NCBI RefSeq assembly: GCF_009914755.1
Contig: NC_060926.1
Reading direction: 5' to 3' (one strand)
DNA: 64,000 nt
DNA from: the human T2T-CHM13v2.0 reference genome, Homo sapiens
Positions 18,585-39,602 of this stretch are shown one piece after another. The position numbers were made by a program, and so were the translations under genes. The notes under the pieces were generated by a model, which had not been told where the DNA came from, searched no databases, and was given only the letters and a program-made list of their open reading frames with translations. The stretch's first letter is position 1; every line of letters begins with the position of its first letter.

Positions 18585-19119
18585 GGAGAGGCGAAATTTT
18601 ACCTCTACTTTCTTAGGGTTTTTGGCAGGCCTGAGAATTAAATTCACATTAAGACAGATTACAGGAGAAACATATACATTTATTTAAGTTTTACATCACA
18701 GAGGAGGCTTCCTAAGGCAATGAAGACTCCAAGACATAAAGGTGAACACTTATACACCAAACTGGACAAAGTGTAGTAAATTGTGAAAATGTGACAAGGC
18801 AAAGAGACTTGGGCTGGGGTAGTTACTTGGGTGGAGAAGTGAGGAGGAAGATAAGATTAAGTTTAACAAGGGTTGTTTGTATAACTTTCCCCAGGCTTCG
18901 GCTTCCCATCTTGACAAGAATCTTACTTTCCTTCTGGTAAAGGGAGGATATCTTTCATATAGGCGTTATGAAAGGCAGGTTCCCTCCTGCCTTTGGGAAG
19001 AAAACGCAGAGGGTCAGAACACCCTTCTTGCACCTGCTGCTTTTAAAAATGCCTTTAGTTCAAAATAACCCTTATGCCAAAGTGATATCTGTTGGGGTGG
19101 CAGATTCTGCCACCCTTCA
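18585..19119 (-). mobile_element. ERV1 solo LTR (MER34-like)
   Basis: Reverse complement starts tgaagggtggcagaatctgccacccc...ctttggcataagggttattttgaactaaaggca, like the MER34-family LTR 5' end. Confidence 0.65.
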
Positions 19120-19650
19120 GCTTTTGCTCTGAGTGAGATGACAAACAACTGGAGGGCTTTGAGCGGAACAGGGACATGATCTTGCCTGTGTCTAACAGGC
19201 ACACGCCGACTGCTGATTAAGAATAGACCGGAGGGAAAAAGGAGGAGATGGGTTAGGAGCCATTGCAGTAATCCAGGTGAGAGGGGATTGTGGTTTAGTG
19301 GTGCTGTGGACATGTGAGAGATGAACAGATTCTAGATAGATTCTGAAAGGCTTGTTGACAGGATTTATTGACTGAAAAGTCAGTATGAGAGACTGCAATG
19401 ATGCCAAGGTTTTGGGTGTTAATAGCTATTAATAGAAAAGTAACATTGCCAACAACTTGAGATGGGGAAGACTGGGCAAAATGCTGTTAAGTTTGAAATG
19501 CTATCCAACATCTAAGTAGAGTTAGTGAGTCTGGAGTTATAAATTTGGGAGTAGCTAACATGCTGGTATTAAAGCCATGAGCTTAGATGAGGTCACCCAG
19601 AGAGTGAGCATAGATGGAAGAAGGGCTCCAGCACTGAGCCCTGAAACTTA
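19120..19650 (-). mobile_element. L2 fragment
   Basis: ttaggagccattgcagtaatccaggtgagag and gatgaggtcacccagagagtgag. Confidence 0.7.
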
Positions 19651-20201
19651 GCATGTAAACGTGTGAGGTAAATATCCTTGTAGTTAGAATGAACTTTTTC
19701 AAAACTCCAATTGCAAACTTGGCCAAATATTTTAGAAGTTATAAATCTGATGCAGACCGTGTATTTTCCTGGAATAAAGGTACTAAATTAGAGCAAAAGT
19801 TTTACAACAGATAGGCCAAATATTCAACACACCAGATATAGTTGGTTTTGTCAATAAAAGCTTAGATAAAATTTAATATAAATTGGCTTTAGGAAGTTTT
19901 TCTTACCCTTAAGATGGAGAAATTCATGGTATTGTTTTGTGATATATAACAAAGAGCCTTGGAATGCTCCTCCTTTACTGGCATTTGGGATGATAGTTCG
20001 TTTTGCACTACCTATCTAATCTTGTTATTTTTTCTAGGAACAATATTTTTCTTTTCAATGAGCAGTTTTGAGACTATGTATACACTTGTCCTTTTGATCC
20101 AATAACTTAAACAAATTGCTGATCAATTCTGTGGGATAAAAAAGTCAAATGACTGTTTTGGTGAATTATGACTAGTTGCTTAACTAAATAATGGGTCATT
20201 T

Positions 20202-20965
20202 TGAAGCAGCCTCATTGTCTGGGGTAAATACCAAAGTTCTTGTTCTCAAGGACAAGGAGATCTGGGTCATGGACACACACAGACAGAGTGAGTTTAGAGC
20301 AGGAGTTTAGTAGATAGTGCAAAAGGAAAGAACACCTCTCCATCACAGAGAAGGGTCCCGAGTGGGTTGCCAATTTGTAGTAAAGATGTCAGGGTTTTTA
20401 TAAATGGGCTAGCGAGGAGGGAGCTTGTAAGGAGGGGATATCTTATCCTCCTGATGGTTTAGTTGGAACCAGGTGTGCTATCTGTACAGAGCAGAGTTTT
20501 TTTTATCAGCTCTGTCTCATTCCGTAACCACATAGGCTGACTGTTAGTCTGTGTTTCTTTGTCCTGCTTATCTGGGAGGGAGAGTTTGTGTTTGTTCCCA
20601 TCTTCTTGCAGCTGTAGGCACCCCCTCTAGTCTGCTTTTAGCTTCTCTATCTTAGTGTGTCCAAAGGGAAAAGAATGTGCTTATTAAGGCCCACTGTTTT
20701 ATTGGGGGGCCCATTGTACAAGTGTGGAGTTTGGTAATTACCCAGGAGACCTTCCCCCCTCCTTCTGTGCCGAAGCTGTCTTATCTGTGTTTCACTGTCT
20801 GCTCTTTCAGGCTGCTTGTTGTTAGAAGAGAAGTGATTTCCTTGAACTGCCTGGGGTTAGAAAAGGAGCTATCTTTGAGCTGCTTTTTTAAAAAGGAAAG
20901 TTTTCTGCTGGGGACTTGCTTTACCCTAACTGTCTATCTAAATAATTTCTTTCTGCCTCCTATAA
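20202..20965 (-). mobile_element. ERV1 solo LTR (MER50-like, ~760 bp)
   Basis: Ends tgaagcagcctcattgtctggggtaaatacc and aaataatttctttctgcctcctata resemble MER50 LTR termini. Confidence 0.7.
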
Positions 20966-21157
20966 GAATTTTAGTACAGCTGAATCATCTGAACTACTGC
21001 ATAAAAGTAGCATCTTGTTTTTTCCTCAGAAGTTAAATCTCTAATATGTATATGGTTCTTTCATATTACTTTTAGGCTCTTTGGTTGTTGCCACTACTTT
21101 TGTTACACTGTGGATAATCAAATTGCCTCTAGGCATCATTTTTAAAAAGGTATGTTA

Positions 21158-21485
21158 TGCTGATGCGGTGGCTCACGCTTGTGATCCCAGCACTTTGGGA
21201 GGCTGAGGCAGGAGGATTCTTTCAGCCCAGGAGTCTGAGACTGGCCTGGGCAATGTAGCAAGACCCTATCTCCAAAAAAAAATCATTTTTTTTTAATTAG
21301 CTGGGCATGGTGGCATGTGCCTGTAGTGCTAGCTATTTGGGAGGCTGAGATGGAAGGATCCCTGAAGCCCAGGAGTTCAAGGTTACAGTGAGGTTACTGA
21401 TTGCGCCACTGCACTCCAGCCTGGGAGACAGAGGGAGACCCAACCCTGTCTCAAAAAAAAAAAAAAGGAAAATAAAAAATAAAGT
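21158..21485 (+). mobile_element. Alu (AluJ-like)
   Basis: Diverged Alu consensus. Confidence 0.9.
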
Positions 21486-21597
21486 AAAATTTTTAAAGGT
21501 ATGCTTTATAAATTTAAAAATGAAAAGGACTATGAAATGTTTTAGTAGGAAAAGATTTAGAAAATGCCTTCCTCACAATTACTAATATTTACTTTAG

Positions 21598-21807
<210 letters not shown>

Positions 21808-22283
21808 TGATGTAGACTAATATTATTCAGATATTGGTAATAATTATCAAGTCAATTTAATGGAAATAAGGAAGAAAATTTTGCTATAGACTTTCACCTC
21901 TGTTTTCAGAGATTCTTTACCTCCCTGGAAATGAGCCTTCTTCAAATATGTCATTTTCTAATCCTGTTGGTAAGAGTGGTATCAAGGCTGAAATTAGTGC
22001 GTGGAAGTGGAGGGCTAAAGGAACTTATGTTAAAAATGTGGATCTCTCAGATTGAACATTTTTTGGTAAATCTAAGGACTCTGTTTTATATTTTTGACTA
22101 ATTTTTAATAAAATTTGGCCTTAGATACAGTAGAAAATTAATTATTTTATGTATTATATGTACATGTAGTCATTTATGATAAAGGAGGTATCACAAATTA
22201 ATGGGGAAGTAATATATCATTCAATACATATGATTATGTATTTCTTATATATTGAGGAAATTGGCTACTTAGGAAACATTAGT

Positions 22284-22361
22284 TTTTCATCTCATACAGA
22301 TAGCAAAATAATTTCCAGATTATTATTTTCATCTCATACAGATAGCAAAATAATTTCCAGA
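22284..22361 (+). repeat. 42-bp-period tandem duplication with 36-nt identical core
   Basis: ttttcatctcatacagatagcaaaataatttccaga twice. Confidence 0.93.
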
Positions 22362-22457
22362 ATTTAAAGAGTTAAAAGAATTCAATGAAATTATTTTTTA
22401 AAAAGGCCTTTATCTGAGTTCTGAATCAGAAGTACTTTCTAAGAAAACAAAAGGGCG

Positions 22458-22787
<330 letters not shown>

Positions 22788-22949
22788 TCAGAGTGCAAAT
22801 GGTTGATAGATTTGACTATACAAAATTGAAATAATTATTTATGTCAAATATTATCATAAATATGACTAAAAAGATAATACAGAAAACAAAATATTTCATG
22901 GATGGCTACTGTATCCTTAACATATAAACAACTCTTTATAGATTATTAT

Positions 22950-23170
22950 TGTTACTATTGATCATTGTTTTTGAGCACATGTATCAGGCCAAGTGCTAAG
23001 TATATCTCTTCTTCATCCTTCCAATTACCCTCTGTGGGAGGTGACCTTATTCCCATTTATAGATGGAAAGACTGAAGCACTTTCCTGTGGTCACACATCT
23101 GGCAAGAGGCAGAGTTGATATTAGACCCCTATCTCTAACCACAGAGCCTGTGTTCCTGAACACTTGCCTC
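22950..23170 (-). mobile_element. MIR
   Basis: ttattcccatttatagatggaaagactgaagcac...ggtcacacatct. Confidence 0.7.
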
Positions 23171-23532
23171 TGCTACCTCTCATATGATTTGAAAAGGACT
23201 ATGTTTCTAGTAGAAAAATGGAAAGAGGGCCTGATGAACAACTTACTGAGGAATTTAATGGCTAATGAATGCTTACGCTCATCTGTAATCAAAGATGCGC
23301 ACATTTAAAAATGATAAAGCTTTTATTGTCTCTGAGATTATCAAAGATTTAAAAAATTATGCTAGTGAAGCTATGAGGAGGGAAGCACTCCTATATACCA
23401 CTGGTGAGAATAGAAATTAGTGTAAATGCTTTGGAAAGTACTTTGAAAATATGTTTCAAGAGTTCCTAAAAGTTTTCTCGCCCTAGTAATGACTCATAAT
23501 TCTATTTCAAAAAATATATACTAAGAAAATGT

Positions 23533-23846
23533 TGGCCAGGCACTGTGTCTCACGCCTGTAATCCCAGCACTTTGGGAGGCCGAGGCAGGTGGATCACCTG
23601 AGGTCAGGAGTTCGAGACCAGCCTGGCCAATGTGGTGAAACTCCATCTCTACTAAAAATACAAAAAGTAGCTGGACGTGGTGACAGGTTCCTGTAATCCC
23701 AGCTACTTGGGAGGCTGAGGCAGGAGAATCACTTGAACCTGGAGGCAGAGGTTACAGTGAATCGAGATCGCGCCATTGCACTCCAGCCTGGGTGACAGAG
23801 CAAGACTCTGTCTCAAAAAAAAAAAAAAAAAAGAAAGAAAAAGAAA
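23533..23846 (+). mobile_element. Alu (AluS-like), TSD aagaaaatgtt
   Basis: Full-length Alu. Confidence 0.95.
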
Positions 23847-23880
23847 ATGTTAGTAAATGTAGCCAAAAATTTATGTATAG

Positions 23881-24279
<399 letters not shown>

Positions 24280-24952
24280 TGATAGCTGTCACAGTATTTT
24301 TTATCAGTGAGAAGTTAGTAACCATCATAATGTTCAGCAATAAGAAATTGATTAAATAAATATGGTGTGTCCATATGTGTAGTAGAATATCCTGCAGCCA
24401 TTAAAACTTGTTTATAAAGAATTTCTAGCAACAAGGGAGTGCTTGTACTATATTACTAAAATTCAGAAATTATCCTCTACTTTCAGAATAATTCAACTAT
24501 GTAAAAATTTAATCTACATATATATTATCATAGAGAAAAAAAGACCAGGAATCTTTGGTGAATGGGATAAGACGGGTATTATGTTTTCTTTAAATTTTCT
24601 GGATTTCCAAAATATTCTGTATGTATCACTCTGGGAGCCAGATTTTTAATTTAATAGAATTTATTTATTTTGTAAAAGAATATCAGCTGGTTGTATTTAG
24701 TCTCTTAACATGTGTTACTCGTCTTAATTTTGTCATGCTTTTCTAAAATGCATCTGAATAAGAAAAGTGTAAATAATGGGAAAAGGTAATATAAACACAG
24801 TTCAAGTGAGCATGCCTCAGAATTGTTTGAATAAATGGCTTTTCATTATTATTTAAAAATTAAAACAAGTGGTTCATTTCCATCTCAAAGTTTTCTACTG
24901 TTTATGCAAGTTGTTTTTTTTTCTTTAATCAAAACTGTGTCTTAACATTTAA

Positions 24953-25099
<147 letters not shown>

Positions 25100-25489
25100 T
25101 AAATAAAGCTTTATGGTTAATGAAATGGACCTCAACCCGCTTAGCCTAATGGAGTTTTCACTTAATGGGTTCCTGTTTCCCTGAAATATACCCACCTTTT
25201 CATTGCCTTTGCTCATCATGGGAGAGAATTCTGTCTGTGGCTCTTTGGCTGCAGGGACACCATCATTCCTCATTAGTCTGTGTCAGGTCACCTCCCTCTG
25301 CCTTTGCTTCCACTGCTCCTCTGCTTGGAATGCCCCCTTCGTTGGCAGTCCTCACCAACATAATGAAACCCCACCTAGCCTTAGGAGATCCCCCAGCCAG
25401 CCCTCTGCAGCTCAGCATCTGGCTCATAAAAGGTGCTTCATCAATGTTAAAATTATGTCCTAATGCGTTTTGTCACTTAATTCTTTTAT

Positions 25490-26035
<546 letters not shown>

Positions 26036-26384
26036 TGAAATGAATTTTTATGGCTAAGGTTCCCCCACTGAGAGACTAGATTCTATCCTATGCTTTATAC
26101 GCTAAGAGAGACCACATTTTATTTGCTGTGTCCAACACAGGAATTTAATAAATGTTGATTTTAGGAATGCCTTCAAGTTCCTCTTTATCTTTATATCTCT
26201 TTCTACTTTGGCTTCTCCTCTCTAGAGAAGTTCTAGATCTTTCCCCAGCTCTTTCTCATATATAGTCATGCCCCCTACCTAGGTCACCAATCTTTAGCAC
26301 ATTTAAGCAACGTGATAGTGCCCTGGTAGACTTATTGCAGCCTAGTAAATTAGGACCCAACTCTTCTAGATTATCCAAAACAGG

Positions 26385-26640
26385 AACATGTCTCACTCAT
26401 AAATGGGAGCTAAACTGTGAGGATGCAAAGGCATAAGAATGACACAATAGACTTTGGGGACTGAGGGAAAGGGTGGGAAGGGGGTGAGGCAAATCAGTTT
26501 CAGTATATACTGCTTGGGTGATGGGTGCACCAAAATCTCACAAATCACTAAAGAACTTACTCATGTAACCACATACCACCTATTCCCCAAAAACCTATGG
26601 AAATTTTTAAAATTAAAAAAAACAAAACACAAAAAACAGT
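26385..26640 (+). mobile_element. L1 (L1PB/L1PA-old) 3' end
   Basis: ctcactcataaatgggagctaaact...gggtgcaccaaaatctcacaaatcactaaagaacttactcatgtaacc plus A-rich tail. Confidence 0.85.
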
Positions 26641-26783
26641 AACATGAGAATCCCAATGACCTGGCTACCAAAATAAAATAATGTTGCCAAAGAGTTTTTT
26701 TCTGACCTTTGTGACTTAAAGTTGTGAGCCAAGCCTGAATGAGCTAATGTCTAAAGGATTAATTTAATAAGAGGCCACAATAA

Positions 26784-26998
<215 letters not shown>

Positions 26999-27384
26999 AT
27001 TGGAAAAAAATTAAAAATAACATTTTGGGTTACAAAATTTTACTCCAAGAAAATTCAAAATGTGTTTATTATTAAGAATATCATTGAAATAAAATTAGGT
27101 GAATTTCATATGCTTTCTTAGTGAGGATTTGGGATTTACTGAAATAAACTATTAATGTGTATGGTTTGGGCAATGTGAAATACTTGGTATCAGATGAATC
27201 ATTTCCCCTTTAACCTCTAATTTTCCACATCACACCAGGCACAGCAATGGGAGAGGGGTCAGCACTCTCTCTCCTCTCTAGTGTTACTCTCAATTTCTTA
27301 TTCCTCAATCTCTATTAGAAATCCCTAATCACTCAAAACTTGCCATGCAACTTCGCACTCTTTATCCTTCTATCCCTATCATCA

Positions 27385-27712
<328 letters not shown>

Positions 27713-28417
27713 TTATCAAAGAATTTTAGCTCCCAACTCACATTCTCTACCTGAAGTCTTGCAAATGACTCTTATCACTTCACTCACCAATGCCATGATT
27801 TTAAGTTTCTTGACCTTCTAAATTCCAGTAAGCTTCACCTCTGGCCTCCTTCATCATCCCATTTTCCATGTCCACACCTGACTTCACCATTCCTCACAAG
27901 TACGTCACATCTAAAAGCTTCAATTCGAACATCTCTTTCTTTAACCAGAATCCTAGCCTACAAGCTCTTATATTTTTTTACTCTTCCACTTTTTCTTCAT
28001 CTCTAAGACCTTTGTTTTGAACCATTAGCTTTTTTTAAGATCATGATAACTGCGTCCTGGCTTTTCTTCCTTCCTTATCTAGTCTGGTTTGTTTCTATTA
28101 ATTCTTGTAGTTCCTTGGGACCCATAATTCCATGTACTCTTCAGCCAGATCCCAACCTAGATCAGTGCTATGTTTTCTGCTGCCAGTATAACCAGATGTG
28201 CAATGCTGCAGAGCATCAAACAGCCATGTAGTCTGACGCCAATAAAAATTCAGGGTCTTCCTCTCTCACAGCCAACTTTCTGCCTTGTGCTTGTCTTTGG
28301 TCACATCCCCCTCAAACTCTCTACTTAAGAATACAGCAGAGAAACTTACCTTCTATTTCACTGAGAAAATTAGAGGACATCAGACATGACATGACCACCT
28401 CAAAGCCCTCCCCTTGC

Positions 28418-28836
<419 letters not shown>

Positions 28837-29229
28837 CTAGTCTCTTGGAGCTCCATCTCTTTCTTTTGGCTTTGTCTTGCCTAAGTTTCTCCCATCTCAA
28901 AAAATCTATTTGTTTATTAGATAATATGGAATTATTGTTATTTGTGGGGTCATGGATGGCTATAGAAAAAATCTTTATCAACTGGAGATCCAGCCTGAAG
29001 TATTTATTGGTAAAGTAGTATGATATACATTAAAATACTCCAGAGGAGAAAAAAGTAGAGGTGGGGAGGTGGTGAAGTTTGGAAAAATGCTGATAATTAT
29101 TGACACTGGGTGATGGGTACATGGGTGATTATTATGCTGTTCTCTCTACTTTTATACATTTTTAAAATTTCTATAATGGAATGTTTAAAAATACCCACCT
29201 GTAGAGTACACCAATACCTAAAGCAAGAA

Positions 29230-31620
<2,391 letters not shown>

Positions 31621-31892
31621 AGGAAGAACTACTTTGGGCCATGATGGAGCCACAGGGACTGGATTTGCCCTGCCAGTGGTTTTCAGATGTTGAATGTAGG
31701 CAGTGTAGGACAGATTCTTCGGAAAAAACTAATGACATACGCCCTGTGATTGCTGCAGCTTACTGTCTGGAGAGATTCAAGACTGCTGTGCAGAGAGGGA
31801 GCACCCAAATAGAGCCTGGCAGTCTTCCTGAGTCACGGAGACAGAGTTCAGAATTTGAGAAGGCCAAGGTAGTTAGACTTCACAGGGCTGAT

Positions 31893-32170
31893 CGGGCGCG
31901 GTGGCTCACCCCGTAACCCCAGCACTTTGGGAGGCTGAGGTGGGTGTATCACCTGAGATCAGGAGTTCGAGACCAGCCTGGCCAACAGGGGGAAACCCTG
32001 TCTCTACTAAAAATAAAAAAATTAGCGAGTTGTGGTGGTTGGTGCCTGTAATCTCACTACTTGGGAGGCTGACGCAGGAGAATCACTTGAACCCAGGAGG
32101 CAGAAGTTGCGCTGAGCTCTGTTCTCCAGCCTGGGCAACAGAGCAAGACTCCGTCTAAAAAATAAATAAA
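31893..32170 (+). mobile_element. Alu with TSD tcacagggctga
   Basis: Alu with a small internal deletion. Confidence 0.92.
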
Positions 32171-32732
32171 TCAATCAATCACAGGGCTGAGAGGAGAGAG
32201 CTAAAGAGAGGGAGGGAGGGAGAGCTCCAGAGATTCGTGTTTTCATCTGAGAACTGATAAGCATGTGTGTATGTGCGGAAAGTACCTGAGGCTGAGGACA
32301 GAAAGACACAGGCAAAAAAATTCCAGCTCACACAGAGCTGGAAACAGTTTTCCCATCTTCTAGAATGGAAAAATCTTTGATACATTGGACATCAAATAGA
32401 GTGCACAGAAGGTGATTGCCTCTGGAATGGGGCCCAGATAGTCCTAAATGTAAGGCTGTTTTGGTCCACCCTAAGAAACTTAAAACAGACCTTGGAAGAA
32501 CCGAACCATTTCCAAGTAATTTAACTGTCATCTCAGAGCAAAGCTAAAAAATGTTTAAAGCATACCAAAAAGTCCAGTGCCCAAGAGTATAACATTCACA
32601 ACGTCTGCATCCAGTCAAAGATCACCAGGCATACAGAGAATCGGGTCAAGTATGACAATACAATGGGTAAGAAAAAGTAATCATAGAAACATATCTAGAA
32701 ATGATGCAGGTGATGGTAGATAAGGACATTTC

Positions 32733-33235
32733 TGTGTATCTGTTGTCTACTGTTACATTTAAAATTTCCCCAACACTTAGTGACTTACAACATTTGCTAT
32801 TTCACACAGTTTTGAAGGGTCAGGAATCTAGAAGCAGTTTAGCTGGGTGGTTCTGACTCATAGTCTCCTGGCGGTACCATCAAGCTGTCAGCGGGGGTAG
32901 CAGGCATCTGAAGATTGGAATGGGGCTGGAGGATTCCAAACTCTCTCACGTGGCTGTTGGCAAAGAAGCCTCAGTACCTCACTACATGGGCCTCTCCAAA
33001 TGACTGCTCAAGACATGGCAGCTACCTTCCCCAGAGGAAATGATCTAACGGGGAAAGAGAGAGAGTGACCAAGATGGAAGTGCATTGTTTTTTATAAGCT
33101 AATCTTAGAAATGGCGTGCCACATGCTACCAGTCACACAGACCAACCCTGGTAGAATACAGGAGGGAATTAACTATGGATCTGAATGTCAGGATGTGGAG
33201 ATCACGGAGGACCACTTTGGAGATTGGCCACCACA
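32733..33235. mobile_element. MaLR LTR (MLT1-like)
   Basis: acttagtgacttacaacatttgctatttcacacagtt...ggtcaggaatctagaagcagtttagctgggtggttctg. Confidence 0.7.
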
Positions 33236-33599
33236 CTTCACATGTTCAGGAAGGTAAAGGAAAGCATGAGCATTTTAAGAAGAGTAAGAGAAGATATTAA
33301 AAAGACCCAAATTGAATTTTTAGAGATGAAAAATGCAGTGACTAAAATGAAAAATATGCTGGATGAGATTCACATGTATTCTGAAGCTCTGTTATTAAGT
33401 ATGTAGATGTTTAGGATTGTTATGTCTTCTAGATGAACTGACCCCTTTATCATTATAAAATGACCCTCTTTATCTCTGGCAGAATTCCTTGCTCTGAAAT
33501 CTGCTTTGTCTGCTATTATTGTGGCGATTCCAGATTTCTTTTGATTAGTGTTATCATAATATATCCTTTTCCATCATTTTAAACAAAAACTACTGCTGA

Positions 33600-33908
<309 letters not shown>

Positions 33909-34227
33909 TGATTGTAAGAATGATACACATTCAGCATAGACATTTGGAGAATACAAAAAGTGCAGAAGGAAAAATAGGTATTAATATTTTGATGTCTACC
34001 TTTTTGGTTTATTTATATGTTTATATATAAATGTGTGTATGTTGGTGTGTGTACACTCACAGTTTTTTATATTGCTGGAGTTACAGTGTGCATACTACTT
34101 TTTTAAACTATAGAAAATAATCGTTTCCCCTATATCCTTAGACATTCTTCAAAACATTAATGGTCATGTTAACATTAAGTACGATACATTTCTATATTTT
34201 TTCCTATAATAAATACCTCTGCAGTAG

Positions 34228-34675
<448 letters not shown>

Positions 34676-35391
34676 TAGTGCAGTTGAATATATTTTTCAG
34701 GTGTTTGGTAGTCATCTGTGTTTACTCTTCAATGAACACCTGTTTTTATCTTTGTGTATTGACTGCCTGTTAGCCACAGGATAAATCAGAAATTTCTTAC
34801 CTTAGCATATAGGACTGTCGGGGTTGGATCTAGGTTTTGTGAGACCGAAGCTTATACAGTTTGGGAAATGCTCTTTAAGACAAAGACTTGAAAATGGATT
34901 ACTTTTGCACATTTTAGAAATCATATGACCATGTAAACACAGTTAATAAGCCTTTCCCAGGACCTGTGCCCAAGAGGGAATCTGAAGCTTAAGCTTCATC
35001 TGCATCAAGAACACTTTGTCATCTGGCTCCACTGGCCCGCTCTTTCTCCACTTCCTGCCTCCAGCAGACAGTGAATGAATAAATTCGCCCCATCCTTCAA
35101 ACACACTCCACCTTTGCAATATTCTCCACCATGCACCTGATGGTATTCCTGTTACCTGGATCCCTCCTCTTCCTTCCCTTCCGTAGACTTTATAGTCCAG
35201 CCTAAGCAACATATTCCCTGTGATGCCTTCCTTGACTCCACAAGAAGTTAGTCATTCCTTCCATTGGTTATGCTTTAAAAAGTTAATACGTGGTATTACC
35301 ATGTTGTATTATAATTTACTGTTTAAATATATAACTGTCTCCTACTAGACTGTAGGTTCCTTAAGGGCAGGGACAATGCCTATTTCTCCCT

Positions 35392-35546
35392 CTTTTTTAA
35401 TATAACGTTTTAAAAATGGCTGAAAATTATACATAGGAAACAAGGGCAAATAAGATCTCTATCCAACTTTTTTAATATAACGTTTTAAAAATGACTGAAA
35501 AATTATATATAACAAACAAGGGCAAATGAGATCTCTATCCTACTTT
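35392..35546 (+). repeat. 75-bp tandem duplication
   Basis: cttttttaatataacgttttaaaaatg(g/a)ctgaaaa...gatctctatcc twice. Confidence 0.92.
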
Positions 35547-35729
35547 TACATTTATTTACTCTAATGAGTTTGTCTAATGCTTAACATTTTTTAACAAATG
35601 CAGTGTTTTATAGGATAAAGAAATTAAAAAAATTTTTTTGTTGTTTGAAGACTTTTTGTACCTTGTTTAGTGGTTGAGCATTAACCACCATGTTCTTCAG
35701 AAGAGAATTCTGCTGTAACATGTTTTATA
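35496..35729 (+). repeat. Dispersed direct repeat, copy 1 (~235 bp)
   Basis: Matches 37188-37730 once the Alu is removed. Confidence 0.92.
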
Positions 35730-36258
35730 CTTCCTTGAAAAAATATAGAAAGGAGAATACAGAACAGAGCGAAGGAAAAATAAAAATCACATATATTGCT
35801 GCTACCTAAAGATAACCTCTGTTAATATTTTTATACTTGTCCCTTATTTAGGTATGTAGATACATACGTGTGTGTAGGTAGATTGGTTTTGATTTAGGGC
35901 ATGTGTTTTCTACTGTTCTGCAATCTGCGTTTCTCAAAACTATTACTTGTATTTCAAGGAATGAGTAAATACGTAAGTGAAAAAAAAGAAACAATGTTCC
36001 TAATCTTTGAGTGTAACGTCAAAAAGGAGCACCTTGTCTGCTTGTGCCTTGGTTCCTCAGTTGTAGATAACCATACACACAACTAGATGGATCATAGATC
36101 TGACCCAATGTAGAGTTTTTTGTTTTTAACCTATGATAAATGCTGTAAACAGATCATGCATATGTGAAAGAAGCAAAACGTTTTTGGGTTAAGAGAGACT
36201 GTCATCAGCCCATTGCACTCACTCAGATGTGGATCTCTGACTGGCACGTGGTATCTAA

Positions 36259-36393
<135 letters not shown>

Positions 36394-37187
36394 TAGCCAG
36401 CTGAACTGTTTATGTGGCCTCTGAAAGTCTACGATAAATCATAAGTATTTAACGATCTGCCAGGTACATTTTCAGAAGAATGTATGAAACAAATATTGGT
36501 ACAGGAAGCCTTTGGTTATCATTGATGTGGAGCTAGGAAAATATTTCCTTTGTTATGTTAAATCTCTTAGGGAAGATTGCAATAAATACTTGAAAAACTG
36601 ACAGAGAATATTTTTAAGTGAAAAGTGCATTTGCATTTCAAGTATGAATGACTTAGCATTAGTGGGTGTTCATTCAATAAAAGCAACTATTTTGTTTCCT
36701 TAGTTTTCCCTTTTACTATTTCTCTGCACATTGAATTCTTTTATGTGAAAAATTTCCCCCATGGTCTTCCCTCCTTTTCTAATTGTATGTATTTGAATTA
36801 CTTCAGAATTGTTACTCCTTTGAAAAACACATTTAAAGTTCAACTTCCAGAATGGCTTTCTTACATTGGGACCCAGGTCACTCAGCCAAGGCTTATCCAG
36901 GGTCATTTTGTCCACCAAGAGGTTTGTGTCAGGTTGCTTAAACTCTTGGACTAAAGCAAACACAGTAAAAGAAACAAACAAATAAACAAACCCAACTTGG
37001 AAGCAATAGGAAAATATTCTACAGTTCATAATACATTGTGGGGCCTCTGTGATCAAGGTCATCTGTGACCAAGGTCAGGTAATTTCAGTTGCAGTCACTG
37101 AGGAGCCCCGAGACCAAGGATCTGCCTACAGGGCACTTGAATACAAACATATTTGACAGGTGTTATCAATCTGCTTGAATAAGCAGT

Positions 37188-37730
<543 letters not shown>

Positions 37731-38063
37731 AGTTACTCTGTACTATTCTTCATGCAATTGCTTTCTTTATATTTGTTAATATTAAATCACTGTATATTGA
37801 CTTGTGACTGGTAATTTTAAATTCAGCTTGTGACTATAATAATACAGTAAAGATGAAGAATGCTTTGTGGGGAGGTTTGAGTGAGGCAGTTACAAAAATA
37901 AAGAAGTTGGAATTTGAGGAAAGTTACAGCAGTTTAGTATTATCATTCAAAAAAAGTTACTGTCAAAATTAGCCTAATACATTGTGATAATGTACACGGA
38001 TGCTTTCTTAATGGTTGCACATATTAGGTTGTCAATTAAATTTATTCTTAGATTTTATCTTAA

Positions 38064-38420
<357 letters not shown>

Positions 38421-39170
38421 TAAAGGATTCACACTAATAACAAATCCATACTGAACCAAATAAGGGATGGGCTTCACTGCCATTATGATTCTGATGGACA
38501 GAAAAATAAAAAACACTTCGGTTGGGGCTTTTTCCCATCAGTACACCTCCTAGGTGTGGAAATAATTACTGATACTGGGTGTGTACAATTTTAGTCTCTT
38601 TTAAAATCTCCAAATCTCAGAAATTATCTGGGAAAACTTCACTGGGCCCTTCCAGTTCTCAGATCTAGATGCCTGCTTATTAATTGAAGCAAACATGTTC
38701 CCAAACTAGCAATTAGTCTTTGTAGCCATATGCCTTTTATCACAGAATTCAGATACTTAACTGCCTATTAAAGAAACAAACATTAAATACATAAAGGTGT
38801 TCATTTATTTAAACATATTTCTTGTTTATTTTCCATTTGATTAAAGATTGCATATTGTACTATAGTTCTTGGTTTGCTTCTAATGGGTAAGCATAATATC
38901 TTTGCAAAATATTTATAGCTGTCAACTGATCATTCTATTTTGGATTCATGTCTGTTGGCTGAAGCTGAGATTTTTGAGTTCTTCAGCAAGCTAATTTATG
39001 AGGTAACTTTGTTAATTTTCTCCAGAGGAGCTTTGGGAAAAAAAGTTGAAGCACCTAGAAAAATATGTTATCATTAATCATGCATCAAGTATGCTCTGTT
39101 TCATCCTTAAAATCTCAGTTTGAAACTATATATTTCTTATTAAGAGAACTGCTTTGTTATTTCTGTCTAG

Positions 39171-39602
<432 letters not shown>

